From an uncultured delta proteobacterium (GTDB taxonomy: Bacteria > Desulfobacterota > Binatia > UBA9968), in contig CAVUVW010000013.1 of assembly GCA_963745035.1 (NCBI GenBank), positions 1,728,001 through 1,792,000 of the forward strand: 64,000 bases of DNA, given 5' to 3'. Every line of letters starts with the position of its first letter. Position 1 is the stretch's first letter. The notes under the pieces were generated by a model that was given only the letters and a program-made list of their open reading frames with translations, searched no databases and was not told the DNA's origin. Below are positions 43,706-53,643 of this stretch, one piece after another. A program made the translations under genes and the position numbers.

Positions 43706-44419
43706 CGAGTATTCCTTCACGGCGGCCTCGCTGAGTTCATCCGCAATCTCAAGATAGTTAAAAACTGGCGTCTCGCCTTTTGAATACCAAAGTATCGTGT
43801 CGTGTATCCGGCCGTACCGATTGACCGCGTCGTTGTGCGGGTCGTGTCTCTGCCACGCGATCTCGCTCTGGAACCGGTGATCACCGAAGACCTCATCCAG
43901 AACAGCCCGGATGTAATGAGCCTTGCGCCAGTCTAGGTGCAAGTAGATTGAACCATCGTCTGCCAGCAGCTCATAAATCAGGATCAATCGCTTCCGCAGG
44001 AACTCGATATAGTTCGCCCCAGCGATCTTGTCTTGGTATGCCTTCTGTTCCGTGCTGCCTCGAAACTCTTGTTTAGTCGAGAATGGAGGATCGATATAGA
44101 CGAGGCGCACACCCTCTGTCCCATCCTCGTTAACGAGCCTGCCAGCTTTCTTCTCTTCTAAAAGGCTCTTGAGAACTTGGATGTTGTCGCCAAATATCAG
44201 GCGGTTCACCGATTCACCGTCGTTCTTTCCGAACGTGCGAATCTTCTGAAGCGGAATGGCAAGGGTATTGGCAATGATGTCCTCTTTGCGCTCCTTTCCG
44301 TGATAAACGAGCTCGTATTCTCGCTTCTCCGGCGGGAATAGGATGCGCGCCCACTCGGGCGAAAGCTCCTCGCCTTGTTGCAATCGGCGGATGATTTCCT
44401 GGCGTTGTTCTTCGTTCAT
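43706..44419 (-). pseudogene. 3'-truncated N6/N4 DNA methyltransferase (Mod-like)
   Basis: NRLIFGDN, LVYIDPPF, GSIYLHLD; no SAM-binding FxGxG before the junction. Confidence 0.8.
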
Positions 44420-44420
44420 G

Positions 44421-45191
44421 TCAGTTAGTCTTCTCGAAAATCTTAGCGCGCCATCCCGATTCGCTCGGAGCGAGGCAAAGCAATTCCAATTCGCCCAGCA
44501 ATCCGCTATCGGCGAAGCTAAAGGTGGACTCTTCGCCGACAATCACATGGTCGAGCACCTTCAATCCAAGCGGCCGGCTGGCGGCTATCAAATCCTGAGT
44601 CAGCATCCGATCCGACTCGCTGGGCTCTGCCACGCCGGATGGATGATTGTGCGCAGCGATCAGCGCCGAGGCGTTCACCTGCAACGCCCGCGCGACAATA
44701 TTCCGCAGCGATGGCCTGACAGCGTCCACTGAACCCTGGGCGATGAGCGCGTCGTCCAACAGCGCATTGCGCCGGTTTAGGTAGAGTACTCGGAACTGCT
44801 CCTCTGCCAGACCGCGCAGCCGCTCGCGCAAATATTCTGCCGCCGTCGCCGTGCTCTTCATCACCAAATGTCCACGCTGTGCGGGTATCGAAACACGCCT
44901 TGCAATTTCCATCGCCGCAATTAACTGGGCCGCCTTTGCGCCCTTCAGTCCCTTGATCTCCAACAACGCGATGACCGGAGCTTCCACCATCGTCCGAAGC
45001 GAGCCGAACTCCTTCAACAACTGCCGCGACATCTCAACTGCGTTTGTGCCTTTGTAGCCAACTCGGAGTAATATGGCGAGAAGTTCCGCATCAGAGAGCG
45101 CCTGCGCACCCTTCGACAGAAGCCGCTCTCGAGGCCGGTCCTCTTGCGGCCACGATGCAATACCAAGCTTCTTTGTTTTCGATGCGCGCAT
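44421..45191 (-). CDS. radC: RadC family JAB-domain protein
   Basis: DRPRERLL..GAQALSDAELLAILL, AHNHPSG...PSESD, LDHVIVG. Confidence 0.92.
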   Translation of the reverse strand: MRASKTKKLGIASWPQEDRPRERLLSKGAQALSDAELLAILLRVGYKGTNAVEMSRQLLKEFGSLRTMVEAPVIALLEIKGLKGAKAAQLIAAMEIARRVSIPAQRGHLVMKSTATAAEYLRERLRGLAEEQFRVLYLNRRNALLDDALIAQGSVDAVRPSLRNIVARALQVNASALIAAHNHPSGVAEPSESDRMLTQDLIAASRPLGLKVLDHVIVGEESTFSFADSGLLGELELLCLAPSESGWRAKIFEKTN

Positions 45192-45479
45192 TCAGCTAGC
45201 TCCAATGAATACTTGACTGTGTTCTCGCATGAGATGGGAAGTAGTCCGGATCGGACTCTTACCTCTCGAGATTTATTTCAGATTGTAATTTTCCGTCATG
45301 ACTAAAAACGTTCTTCCGCCCAATAAGAATTGGCATCGCAAAATTTAGGTCAAAGAACATTGTTTCCTTCCCTGGGTGGCACTGCTCTGCGCGATGTTTC
45401 AAATTATTAATCACGGCGTATCTTGCACGATGGCAAGACGCTCTCTTCTCTCCTACCGAAGTTGGCCAAAATTCTTCGC

Positions 45480-45509
45480 AGTTTACTGGATTTGGCGGGT
45501 TTCGGGCAA
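45480..45509 (-). promoter_or_regulatory. Repeated sigma70-like promoter TTG(C/T)CC-N17/18-TA(A/G)A(C/T)T or TAAGAT; copies also at 51359-51388, 55333-55361 and 57108-57137
   Basis: Four homologous copies, spacer included, ahead of unrelated sequences. Confidence 0.65.
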
Positions 45510-45788
45510 GCGAAATGGCGGGTTCAGACGAGAAAGACCTATGGATCAGACTAGGAGACCGGGGAGAGCCGTGTTGTGATCCGTGATCGTGTGCGTGATT
45601 GCGGATCGAAGAATAGAATTGACGTACGACCCCGAGGTAAACGCTACCGCATACGAACCTTTTAATTTTCTGCGGCTGTGTGCAAATTCTTTACACTCCG
45701 TACCGCAATACCGTGATCGTGAACGGAGAAGTGCCGTGAGCGTGGGGAAAAAGGCCGTGTTCGTGGTTGTGGACGCGCTAGAGCAGTT

Positions 45789-46163
45789 CTAGCGTGATCG
45801 TGTTCGTGGTTCGCTTCCCAAGGACTGCGACAGCCGCGAAAGCATCTGAACCACCCGGTCATAGTCGGAGCGTAATTCGTGATACGTCTCTGGCGAAATG
45901 TAATTTAGATCGCGGGCGACAAGCGGCTGATAGCAGACTTCGCCCGCGGAGCCGCGCGCGATACCCACAAATTGGCGATACTCCTTGGTACCGAGCCTCA
46001 TAGCGCCTTCCATAAGGTTCATGCCGACTGAGATTGCGGCTCGCCGCATCTGATCGACTAGGCTATACATTTCCTCTCTCGGGAAGCTTTTCGTAACCGA
46101 ATAAATCTTCAGAGCCAGCTGATGAGCGAGTTTGAAAACATCCAAGTCTTCCACACTGTTCAT
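45789..46163 (-). CDS. Four-helix-bundle protein (23S rRNA IVS/bAvd-like), subfamily A copy 1
   Basis: EDLDVFKLAH...FPREEMYSLVDQMRRAAISV..NLMEG...ARGSAGE. Confidence 0.9.
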   Translation of the reverse strand: MNSVEDLDVFKLAHQLALKIYSVTKSFPREEMYSLVDQMRRAAISVGMNLMEGAMRLGTKEYRQFVGIARGSAGEVCYQPLVARDLNYISPETYHELRSDYDRVVQMLSRLSQSLGSEPRTRSR

Positions 46164-46381
46164 CCCCGTCCCTCCGAGAAGCCACGATCACGAACCACGA
46201 CCACGTTCTCCCCCACCGCCCTCCTGACCACGAGCACGTATCACGAACACGTTGGCACGGCTACTGCGTGCCCGTTCAAAACGTTCAAGCCGTTCAATGG
46301 TTTCACTCCGTTCAAGCCGTTACTCGCTAACGGCTGTTCAACGGTTCAATCGTTCAGAAGTTCAACGTCAGATTCTCGGAC

Positions 46382-46440
46382 GGGAAACTTCCATGTTTCG
46401 AGAATTCTCGAAACGTCGAAATGTGAAGCCAGGCACGAGG
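46382..46440. repeat. Palindromic repeat GGGGAACTTCCACGTTTCGAGAATTCTCGAAACGTCGAAATGTGAAGTCAGGC; about 15 full or half copies in the window
   Basis: Copies at 46382, 47888, 49415, 49801, 51629 (half), 51820, 52035, 52781, 52881 (half), 54703, 56016, 57414, 58355 (half); reverse orientation at 16394 and 24153. Confidence 0.9.
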
Positions 46441-46499
46441 TGGGAGGCAGCAGGCGCGAGCCGGGAACAATACTCGGGAAGGAACCTTGAACTGGACCT

Positions 46500-46754
46500 T
46501 TACCTGTACACTTCCCGCCGATGTCTTACACGAAAAATCCTCACACGCCTGCGCGCATCATCGATATCGTAGACGACTCGATAATCTCCGATTCGGATGC
46601 GCCAATCATTTCGCGAGCCGGTTAACTTGTGGCAACCGGGTGGGCGTGGATTTTCGGCGAGGGCGTTTATGCGGGAAACGATACGATTGAAGATAGTGTG
46701 AGGCAGCGCTCGAAGATCGCGTTCAGCGGTCCGCTCAATTAGAATCTCATACAC
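46500..46754 (-). CDS. RelE/ParE family toxin
   Basis: AERDLRAL, NPRPPGCHKL, WRIRIGDYRVVYDI. Confidence 0.9.
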   Translation of the reverse strand: MYEILIERTAERDLRALPHTIFNRIVSRINALAENPRPPGCHKLTGSRNDWRIRIGDYRVVYDIDDARRRVRIFRVRHRREVYR

Positions 46755-47007
46755 CCGCAGTGTCCTTCAGAAAGTCGGCAAACTTGCGGAATTTGAGCGG
46801 CCTTTTCCTCATTTCCTTGAGCGTCTTGAGATCCTCCGCATCCTCCGCGCGCTCGAGCAACTCGCGATACTCCTCAATACCGAGAATGACGGCGGTCGGC
46901 CTTCCTCTACGCATTACGATTTCGGGGTCCCTTCTTTTTCGCTTTGCTTTCATGGTTTTCACCTTGTCTGTTTGGACGACAATATCATCCCCAAAAAGTC
47001 CCTTCAA
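46747..47007 (-). CDS. Phd/YefM-like antitoxin
   Basis: GRPTAVILGIEEYRELLE; overlaps the toxin start. Confidence 0.75.
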   Translation of the reverse strand: MKGLFGDDIVVQTDKVKTMKAKRKRRDPEIVMRRGRPTAVILGIEEYRELLERAEDAEDLKTLKEMRKRPLKFRKFADFLKDTAGV

Positions 47008-47309
47008 ATGGACGCCGTGACGCGCGACTCGTGAAGCCGAGACGTGATCGTGGTCTGATACCGTGAATCGTGGTCGTGAGTCGGATAATTGCCGTGAGCG
47101 TACCTTCCAAAGGATAAAGGCAAAAGGATAAGGGATAAATCCCGTGAGCGTGGGGAAAAAGGCCGTGTTCGTGGTTGTGGACGCGCTAGAGCAGTCTAGC
47201 GTGATCGTGTTCGTGGTTCGCTTCCCAAGGACTGGGACAGCCGCGAAAGCATCTGAACCACCCGGTCATAGTCAGCGAAAACCGCCGTGAGCGTGATTCG
47301 TGATCGTGT

Positions 47310-47663
47310 CTACCGATTGAGACTCTGCGAGAGCTTGGACAGCATTTGGATGACCCGATCATAGCCCGAGCGCAATTCCTGATACGTTTCGTTAGAGATA
47401 TAATTTAGATCGCGGGCGACAAGCAGCTGATAGCAGACTTCGCCCGCGGAGCCGCGCGCGATACCCACAAATTGGCGATACTCCTTGGTACCGAGTCTCA
47501 TAGCGCCTTCCATAAGGTTCATGCCGACTGAGATTGCCGCTCGCCGCATCTGATCGACTAGGCTATACATTTCCTCTCTCGGGAAGCTTTTCGTAACCGA
47601 ATAAATCTTCAGAGCCAGCTGATGAGCGAGTTTGAAAACATCCAAGTCTTCCACACTGTTCAT
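47310..47663 (-). CDS. Four-helix-bundle protein, subfamily A copy 2
   Basis: Near-identical to 45789..46163 except for the C-terminal ~30 aa. Confidence 0.9.
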   Translation of the reverse strand: MNSVEDLDVFKLAHQLALKIYSVTKSFPREEMYSLVDQMRRAAISVGMNLMEGAMRLGTKEYRQFVGIARGSAGEVCYQLLVARDLNYISNETYQELRSGYDRVIQMLSKLSQSLNR

Positions 47664-48056
47664 CCCCGTCCCTCCGAGAAGCCACGATCACGAACCACGA
47701 CCACGTTCTCCCCCACCCCCTCCTGACCACGAGCACGTATCACGAACACGTTGGCACGGCTACTGCGTGCCCGTTCAAATCGTTCAAACGCTGCGCTCAT
47801 CCGAAACCTGAAACCCGTTCCAATTGTTCCAACGGTTCCATCGCTTCGCTACGTTCCAAACGTTTAAATCCCAAAGACTAAGAGAGAGGGGAACTTCGAC
47901 GTTTCGAGAATTCTCGAAACGTCGAAATGTTAAGTCAGGCACGAACAACAGGCGTGAGGTCGGAAAGAAAGATACGTGTTCGTGATTTCCTTGATCGGGT
48001 GTTCAACAAAGATATTCTGTATTGACACTTTAAATTATCATGATAATCTAAACCGT

Positions 48057-49205
48057 GTGTTTAAGCGATCCTTATCGTTGCCGAAGGCCGGCATGGAGAG
48101 CTTCTTCCTCTGGGGACCGCGACAGACCGGCAAAACCACCCTGCTCAGGGCCGCCTACCCGGACGCCCTGTGGATCGATCTACTCAAGGCGGAGGAGTAC
48201 CGACGCTATCTGCAGAACCCGGAGCTGCTCCGTGCTGAGATCGCAGCGCAGAAATCCGTGCGCCATGTGGTCATCGACGAGGTCCAGAAGGTCCCGCCGC
48301 TCCTCGACGAAGCCCACTGGCTGCATGAAAACCGCGCCGTCCGCTTCGCTCTCTGCGGCTCGAGCGCGCGCAAGGTGAAACGCGGCCACGCCAATCTGTT
48401 GGGCGGACGGGCGGTGCGCTACGAGCTGCACGGCTTGACCGCTGTCGAGATCGGGCGTGAATTCGATCTGGAGCGCATGTTGAACCACGGCTATCTGCCG
48501 TCGATCTACTTGTCCGATCGTCCACAGCGCCTGCTCAATGCCTATGTGGCGGATTATTTGAAAGAAGAAGTCGCCGCGGAAGGGTTGGTTCGAAACCTTC
48601 CCGTATTCTCGGCCTTTCTCAACGCGGCTTCGCTCTCGGATACCGAGCTGGTCAATTTTTCCACCATCGCGCGCGACTGCGGTGTTTCCAGCGTGACGAT
48701 CCGCGGCTATTTCGAGATTCTCGAAGATACACTGTTGGGACGGTGGCTGCCGGCTTACGTCAAGCGTCCGAAACGGCGGGTCATCGCGGCGCCCAAGTTT
48801 TTCTTCGCCGACGTCGGCGTGGTCAACCACCTTGCCAAACGCGGCGAGCTACGGCCGAGATCGGAGCTCTACGGCAAGGCCTTCGAGAACTGGGTCTTTC
48901 ATGAGTTGACCGCGCATAACGCGTACGCCGAAGCCTTTGCCACGCTCGGTTATTGGCGCCTCGCCAGCGGCATCGAAGTCGATTTTATCGTCAATGACAT
49001 GCAGGTGGCGATCGAGGCCAAAGCCGCCGCCAACATTACTACCGATCATCTCAAAGGCCTCCGTTCCCTGGTGCAGGATCATCCGCGCATCAAGCAACGC
49101 CTGATCGTCTGCCTCGAACCCAAGCGCCGCCGCACCGAGGACGGCATTCTCGTCCTTCCCGCGTTGGAGTTTTCTCAGGTGCTCAAGAGCGGCGAGTTGT
49201 TCTAA
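48057..49205 (+). CDS. AAA_14 ATPase with DUF4143 domain
   Basis: GPRQTGKT, IDEVQK, GSSARK, KFFFADVG, EVDFIV....IEAK. Confidence 0.88.
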   Translation: MFKRSLSLPKAGMESFFLWGPRQTGKTTLLRAAYPDALWIDLLKAEEYRRYLQNPELLRAEIAAQKSVRHVVIDEVQKVPPLLDEAHWLHENRAVRFALCGSSARKVKRGHANLLGGRAVRYELHGLTAVEIGREFDLERMLNHGYLPSIYLSDRPQRLLNAYVADYLKEEVAAEGLVRNLPVFSAFLNAASLSDTELVNFSTIARDCGVSSVTIRGYFEILEDTLLGRWLPAYVKRPKRRVIAAPKFFFADVGVVNHLAKRGELRPRSELYGKAFENWVFHELTAHNAYAEAFATLGYWRLASGIEVDFIVNDMQVAIEAKAAANITTDHLKGLRSLVQDHPRIKQRLIVCLEPKRRRTEDGILVLPALEFSQVLKSGELF

Positions 49206-49462
49206 AAAGGATAAGGGATAAAGGCCGTGAGCGTGATTCGTGATCGTGAAAATGCCAGAGACGTGAGCGTGATCGGACAACTAACGCGATCGTGTTCCCA
49301 GCCGGAAAAACGCCGTGATCGTGTCTTGTCCTTCAGTGAGAACGACCGCGCTCGTGCTGGTGGACGTGATTCGTCCCGCTATGTGGAGCGTGATCGAGCT
49401 CAACAGACGCCCGCGGGGAAACTTCCACGTTTCGAGAATTCTCGAAACGTCGAAATGAGGCC

Positions 49463-49763
49463 CTAGCCTAGACGGCTCGTCGAGTTGATGATCTTTTCAA
49501 GTGCCTTCAACAGCCCCCGAGTCTCGCTGCGGTGCTTGAGCCAGTAGCGAACGTTCTTCCCGTCGCTGTCGTATCTCACGATATCGGCGGCGCGCAGCTT
49601 GGCCAGATGTGTGCTGATGGTCTGCACCGAGCGGCCGGCAAGCTTGGCCAGAGCGCTCGGCGTCATCGCGTCCGCCCGCATCGAGCAAAACAACGAGCTG
49701 GTAAATCACCGGATTCCCAAGTAAACGGCAAAGCCGCGATTCGCGATAGTCGGGTTCGTCCAT
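49463..49763 (-). CDS. ArsR/SmtB-family winged-HTH protein, frameshift near 49670
   Basis: LLGNPVIYQLVVLL followed by MTPSALAKLAGRSVQTISTHLAKLRAADIV in the adjacent frame. Confidence 0.75.
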
Positions 49764-50077
49764 CGCCAGCCATCTACGGCAAAACCGCCTCCGCTGTCAA
49801 TTCCACGTTTCGAGAATTCCCGAAACGTCGAAATGTGAAGTCAGGTATGAGGCAGGAGGCGGCAGGCAATAGTCAAAAAACTGGACCTCGGCCGTGTGCA
49901 GCTTTTCTTCGACCAGAAAGCCTATCCTCCTCGGTTCCGAGCACAGCGAGAAAGGACGTGTCGTGATCGTGCGGGACCAGCCGTTCGGGAGGGAGGACGA
50001 CGCTAATGGTGATCTGGGAACCTGCGGACAACTATCGCATCGTCGTAGGTAAAAAACGCCGAGTTTAGAAGCCAGCT

Positions 50078-50290
50078 CTATTTGCCGGCGGTTAACTCTG
50101 CTTCAAAAGGCCGCTCCTTGCGAAAACGGCTAACACCGAGAATGCTGAACCCGACTACTTGTCCATGTTCGTCGACTCGCTCCATCAACGCGTCGTGCGC
50201 AGTTTCGCGCATGAACCCCGGGGCATCGCTGAACCGTACCTCCAAAAAATCCCCTTCCGGATCGAACCAAACTTTCAGTTTTTCGGCCAT
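50078..50290 (-). CDS. DUF2283-family putative antitoxin
   Basis: VWFDPEGDFLEV...VDEHGQVVGFSILG. Confidence 0.75.
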   Translation of the reverse strand: MAEKLKVWFDPEGDFLEVRFSDAPGFMRETAHDALMERVDEHGQVVGFSILGVSRFRKERPFEAELTAGK

Positions 50291-50586
50291 AGGATTTCTC
50301 CTGCTTTAACCGTATCCGTGATATATGCTGTAATCACGAAAGCGTCGTCCGGTAGATACTTTACCACTACACACAACCATTTCCCACCGACTTGGGTTTG
50401 CCTGTAAAACTCGTAGAAAAGCTTTACGTCGTCATCGGAGCGCGATCGCCGCACCTCGCTCGGTGTTTGCAATACTCGCTCAAGCTCATCCGCCATTACC
50501 GCCATTTCTACATGTTCCAAGATATGCGCGAGTCGCTCGTCAGTCAGCCGAACAGAAGTGCCAAAGCAATCTCGGATCACTTTCAT
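50275..50586 (-). CDS. Putative RNase toxin (BECR/DUF4258-like) paired with DUF2283
   Basis: LTDERLAHILEH...KWLCVVVK....AFVITAY. Confidence 0.65.
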   Translation of the reverse strand: MKVIRDCFGTSVRLTDERLAHILEHVEMAVMADELERVLQTPSEVRRSRSDDDVKLFYEFYRQTQVGGKWLCVVVKYLPDDAFVITAYITDTVKAGEILWPKN

Positions 50587-50706
50587 AGACGGAAGATACG
50601 GCAGTGTGCCATGCGACGCAATAAAGTCGAGTGTGAAGGCCCATAGTTTTGAACTGGCCCGACGTGGCCGACAGAAGACCCGTAACTATGTCGTCGAAAT
50701 GAGAAA

Positions 50707-50967
50707 CTACTTCCCCAAACCCAGGCGCCGACGCAGTTCCCTGGCCGAGATGGCGCCTTCCTTTTTTACACGGCCTCTGGAAGTCTCTATGATCTTGAGA
50801 AACTTGCGGTTGGTGCTCAGCGCTAGAGTCTCTTCATCCGCGTTCCGTATCGGAATAACGGCCGCGAATGGTTTTCCCGCCTTGTAGACGACGACCGGAG
50901 CTTTTCTTGCTTTTGTGGCGTATTCGGAAAGGGGTCCTGACGCCTTTTTGAACTCTATTTTTGTCAT
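50707..50967 (-). CDS. Phd/YefM-like antitoxin
   Basis: ASGPLSEYA....PVVVYKAGKPFAAV. Confidence 0.7.
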   Translation of the reverse strand: MTKIEFKKASGPLSEYATKARKAPVVVYKAGKPFAAVIPIRNADEETLALSTNRKFLKIIETSRGRVKKEGAISARELRRRLGLGK

Positions 50968-51314
50968 AGCTTTATTATTTCGCCGCCGATCCGTACGCGA
51001 TCTCTCTCTTTTACTCCGATTGCCAGAACGGTAACTGTCGGCCGGGGTTCGTCGCTGACTTCATAATACACTCTGAGATCGCCAATGCGAAGTTCCCAAG
51101 GAGCCACTGGATTCAGTCTCATCGGCTTTCTATTTCGGGTCTCCACGGTCGGCTGATTGGCCAGCTGCCGGTCCACAGCATCGACTACGCTTCGTTGCTG
51201 TCGAGTAGCAAGCCGCCGGAGATGGTCCTCTGCTTCCGGAGAATATTCAATGACGTAGGCCAAGCTATTGTCCTTGCGCCTTTTGGTGTCGCGTGATTTC
51301 GTCCGTAAAAACAA
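50964..51314 (-). CDS. RelE/ParE family toxin (start probably TTG near 51263)
   Basis: IEYSPEAEDHL...WELRIGDLRVYYEV. Confidence 0.8.
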   Translation of the reverse strand: MFLRTKSRDTKRRKDNSLAYVIEYSPEAEDHLRRLATRQQRSVVDAVDRQLANQPTVETRNRKPMRLNPVAPWELRIGDLRVYYEVSDEPRPTVTVLAIGVKERDRVRIGGEIIKL

Positions 51315-52255
51315 TCAAGGCGTTGGTCGGATCGGATGACCGCGACAAAGTTCTTCGCAATTTAATGGATTGGACGGGTTTTGGGCAAGTGGGTTTGCAA
51401 AACGTGGGGCCGGAGTCGTGGAGCAACAGGCGTGAGGTGCGAAAGAAAGATGCCTGCGCGTGGTTCGTGATCGTGTCCGAGCCCGGGTCCGTTCAAGGCA
51501 TTCAAAGCGAACCCGGACGGGGCCTCCTTTAGTCGGACAGGGTAGCCCCGTTCCAGCCGTTCAACCGCTTCGCTCCGTTGAAAACGTTGCAGAGCAATGC
51601 GGTTCGAAGGTGCAAGGTAAGACAAGACGGGAAACTTCCACGTTTTGTTAAGGATAAAGGCAGAAGGATAAAGGATGAGGCGATAAAAACCGTGAGCGTG
51701 GCGGAAAAGGCCGTGTTCGTGGATCGTGGGCGCGCTCGGACCAGTTGCTAAGCGGTTCAGTGGCCGACCGTTACTGTTAAAGACAGAGAACTCATACGTC
51801 GGAAAACGGCGTTGATCAGACTTCCACCCTTCGAGAATTCTCGAAACGTCGAAATGTGACAGCCACGGCACGAGGTGGGAGGCAGCAGGCAATAGTCAGA
51901 AGAGGAACAACTGGAACTCGGGCCGTACGCGGCTCTTCTTCGACCAGAAAGCCTGTCTTTCCTTTCTTTGCCTCCGGCGGCGCCATTGAGCGGGCAAATC
52001 GCATCGATCTACGGGCTCGGATCGAATGCTTTGAGGGGGAATTGCATGTTTTGAGAATTCTCAAAACGTCAAAGGGTCAATCCACCTTTGACGATGCGTC
52101 TATGACTCTCTCCAGCGTTTTGAGAAGCCCTTTCATTTCTCCTTTATGCTTGAGCCAGTCATTTTTAAGGCTAAAGGCGAAAGGATAAAGGATAAGCGGC
52201 TCTAAAAATGATAATGCCAAAAGTATAAAAGGATAAACACGACCTGCCGCCCGAA

Positions 52256-52621
52256 TTACCGCTTTTGACTTTGCGCTTTGGCTTTTATATTCCGAACAAT
52301 GCTTACAAAAATTCCTTTCAGCTCTCCCGTCTCTTTCATTATTGCAGCTAATCTTTCGCTAGCGACAAATCCAGAATCGGCGAGTAATTCCAACCAGTAT
52401 TCGCTTTCTTCCAGCTCCTGTAAACATCCTTCGATTTTGCTGATAAAGTCGGGGTTGGATTTGGCTCGCGACGCCTCGCGATACTGCGCACCGACCGAGG
52501 TGGCGGATCGCAACAGCTGTCGCCCCATGATCTGTGTTTCCGTTTTTTTCGGCAATTCGGCATAAAGCCGGATCACGGAAAGCGCGTAGTCCTTCGTTCT
52601 GCCCTTGAGATCGCTCTTCAT
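52256..52621 (-). CDS. Four-helix-bundle protein, subfamily B copy 1
   Basis: DLKGRTKDYAL...[25 protein letters not shown]....[12 protein letters not shown]. Confidence 0.9.
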   Translation of the reverse strand: MKSDLKGRTKDYALSVIRLYAELPKKTETQIMGRQLLRSATSVGAQYREASRAKSNPDFISKIEGCLQELEESEYWLELLADSGFVASERLAAIMKETGELKGIFVSIVRNIKAKAQSQKR

Positions 52622-53077
52622 AAAAGGATAAGGCCCTCATCCTTTATCCTTTCGCCCTTATCCTTTTCAAATGCTGATACACGATCGGATTGCCGAGCAA
52701 GCGACAGAGCCGCGACTCCCGATAGCGCTTCTCGTCCATGGCCGGCGATCTAATCCCCACCCCATTCCCCTGTCAAGACGCACGTTTTGAGAATTCTCAA
52801 AAGGTCAAAATGGGAAGTCAGGCAAGCGGCGACAGTAGGAAGCGCCGGTTCAATGTTCAAGAGTTCAAGGTCAGATTCGGAGGGGAACTTCCACGTCGGA
52901 AGCTCGAACAAAGGCCGCGCATGATTTCTATATTCACTCGGATCGCGCGTTCACTATCGAGCGGCGTCGAATTGTCGAAACGCTGGAAGGACTTTTTGAT
53001 TGCTGCTCGGAGATACCGTCTTAGGGCGAGGAGGGGAGCATGAAGACTCCCCTCCTGCTGTTATTACGGACGGGCGA

Positions 53078-53497
53078 TTACTTCTTTTCTTTGGTCGTCG
53101 GTTCTTTGCTCATGGGTTCCGTCTTCTCTTTCTTCGTTTCCGTGCCCATGGCCGTCGTTTTGCCGACTCCGAGCTTCCCGGCTGTCTGGTTATCCAATTG
53201 TCCGGTCGCCTTCAGGCCGCTCGCCTGTTGGAATTCTTTCAGCGCCGCCCGGGTTTTGGGGCCCATTCTGCCGTCGATCGGCCCGGGATCGTTGCCCTTG
53301 GCCTTCAAAGCCTCTTGAACCTCTCTGTAGTCTGTCCTGCCGGTCGTCATCTTTCCCATCTCCGGCTTCTTGTCCATTTCCCCCATCTTTTCCGCTTTAG
53401 CCGGCGGCGCTTGCTTTTCCTCGGCCGCTCTCGCGGATACACCCAAGGTCAACAAAAGCGCGCTAGCCAATACGGTTCTACCAATTGCAGTAAACAT
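53078..53497 (-). CDS. Secreted peptidoglycan-binding domain protein
   Basis: VQEALKAKGNDPGPIDGRMGPKTRAALKEFQ. Confidence 0.85.
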   Translation of the reverse strand: MFTAIGRTVLASALLLTLGVSARAAEEKQAPPAKAEKMGEMDKKPEMGKMTTGRTDYREVQEALKAKGNDPGPIDGRMGPKTRAALKEFQQASGLKATGQLDNQTAGKLGVGKTTAMGTETKKEKTEPMSKEPTTKEKK

Positions 53498-53583
53498 AGA
53501 TTCGTCCTCCTTTTACCTGCGGTCCAATCTAATGATCCGCGGCTGAGTTGGTTGTCTAATAGTGGACCGTGTTGAAAAGAAAT

Positions 53584-53620
53584 TTAGACCTGAGGCGCCG
53601 ATTCGGCGCCTCAGGTCTAA
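53584..53620 (-). terminator. Strong hairpin, probable intrinsic terminator
   Basis: 17-bp perfect stem ttagacctgaggcgccg-att-cggcgcctcaggtctaa; U-rich tail on the minus strand. Confidence 0.75.
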
Positions 53621-53643
53621 TTAGGCTCTAGGAAATCTCGCGT

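Noticed and set aside
43571-44542. Intact 323-aa methyltransferase
   Set aside because: The N-terminus overlaps radC, the C-terminus is out-of-frame helicase sequence, and the SAM-binding motif is absent
45789-46163. 23S rRNA gene around the IVS-type proteins
   Set aside because: No rRNA or tRNA sequence recognised anywhere in the window
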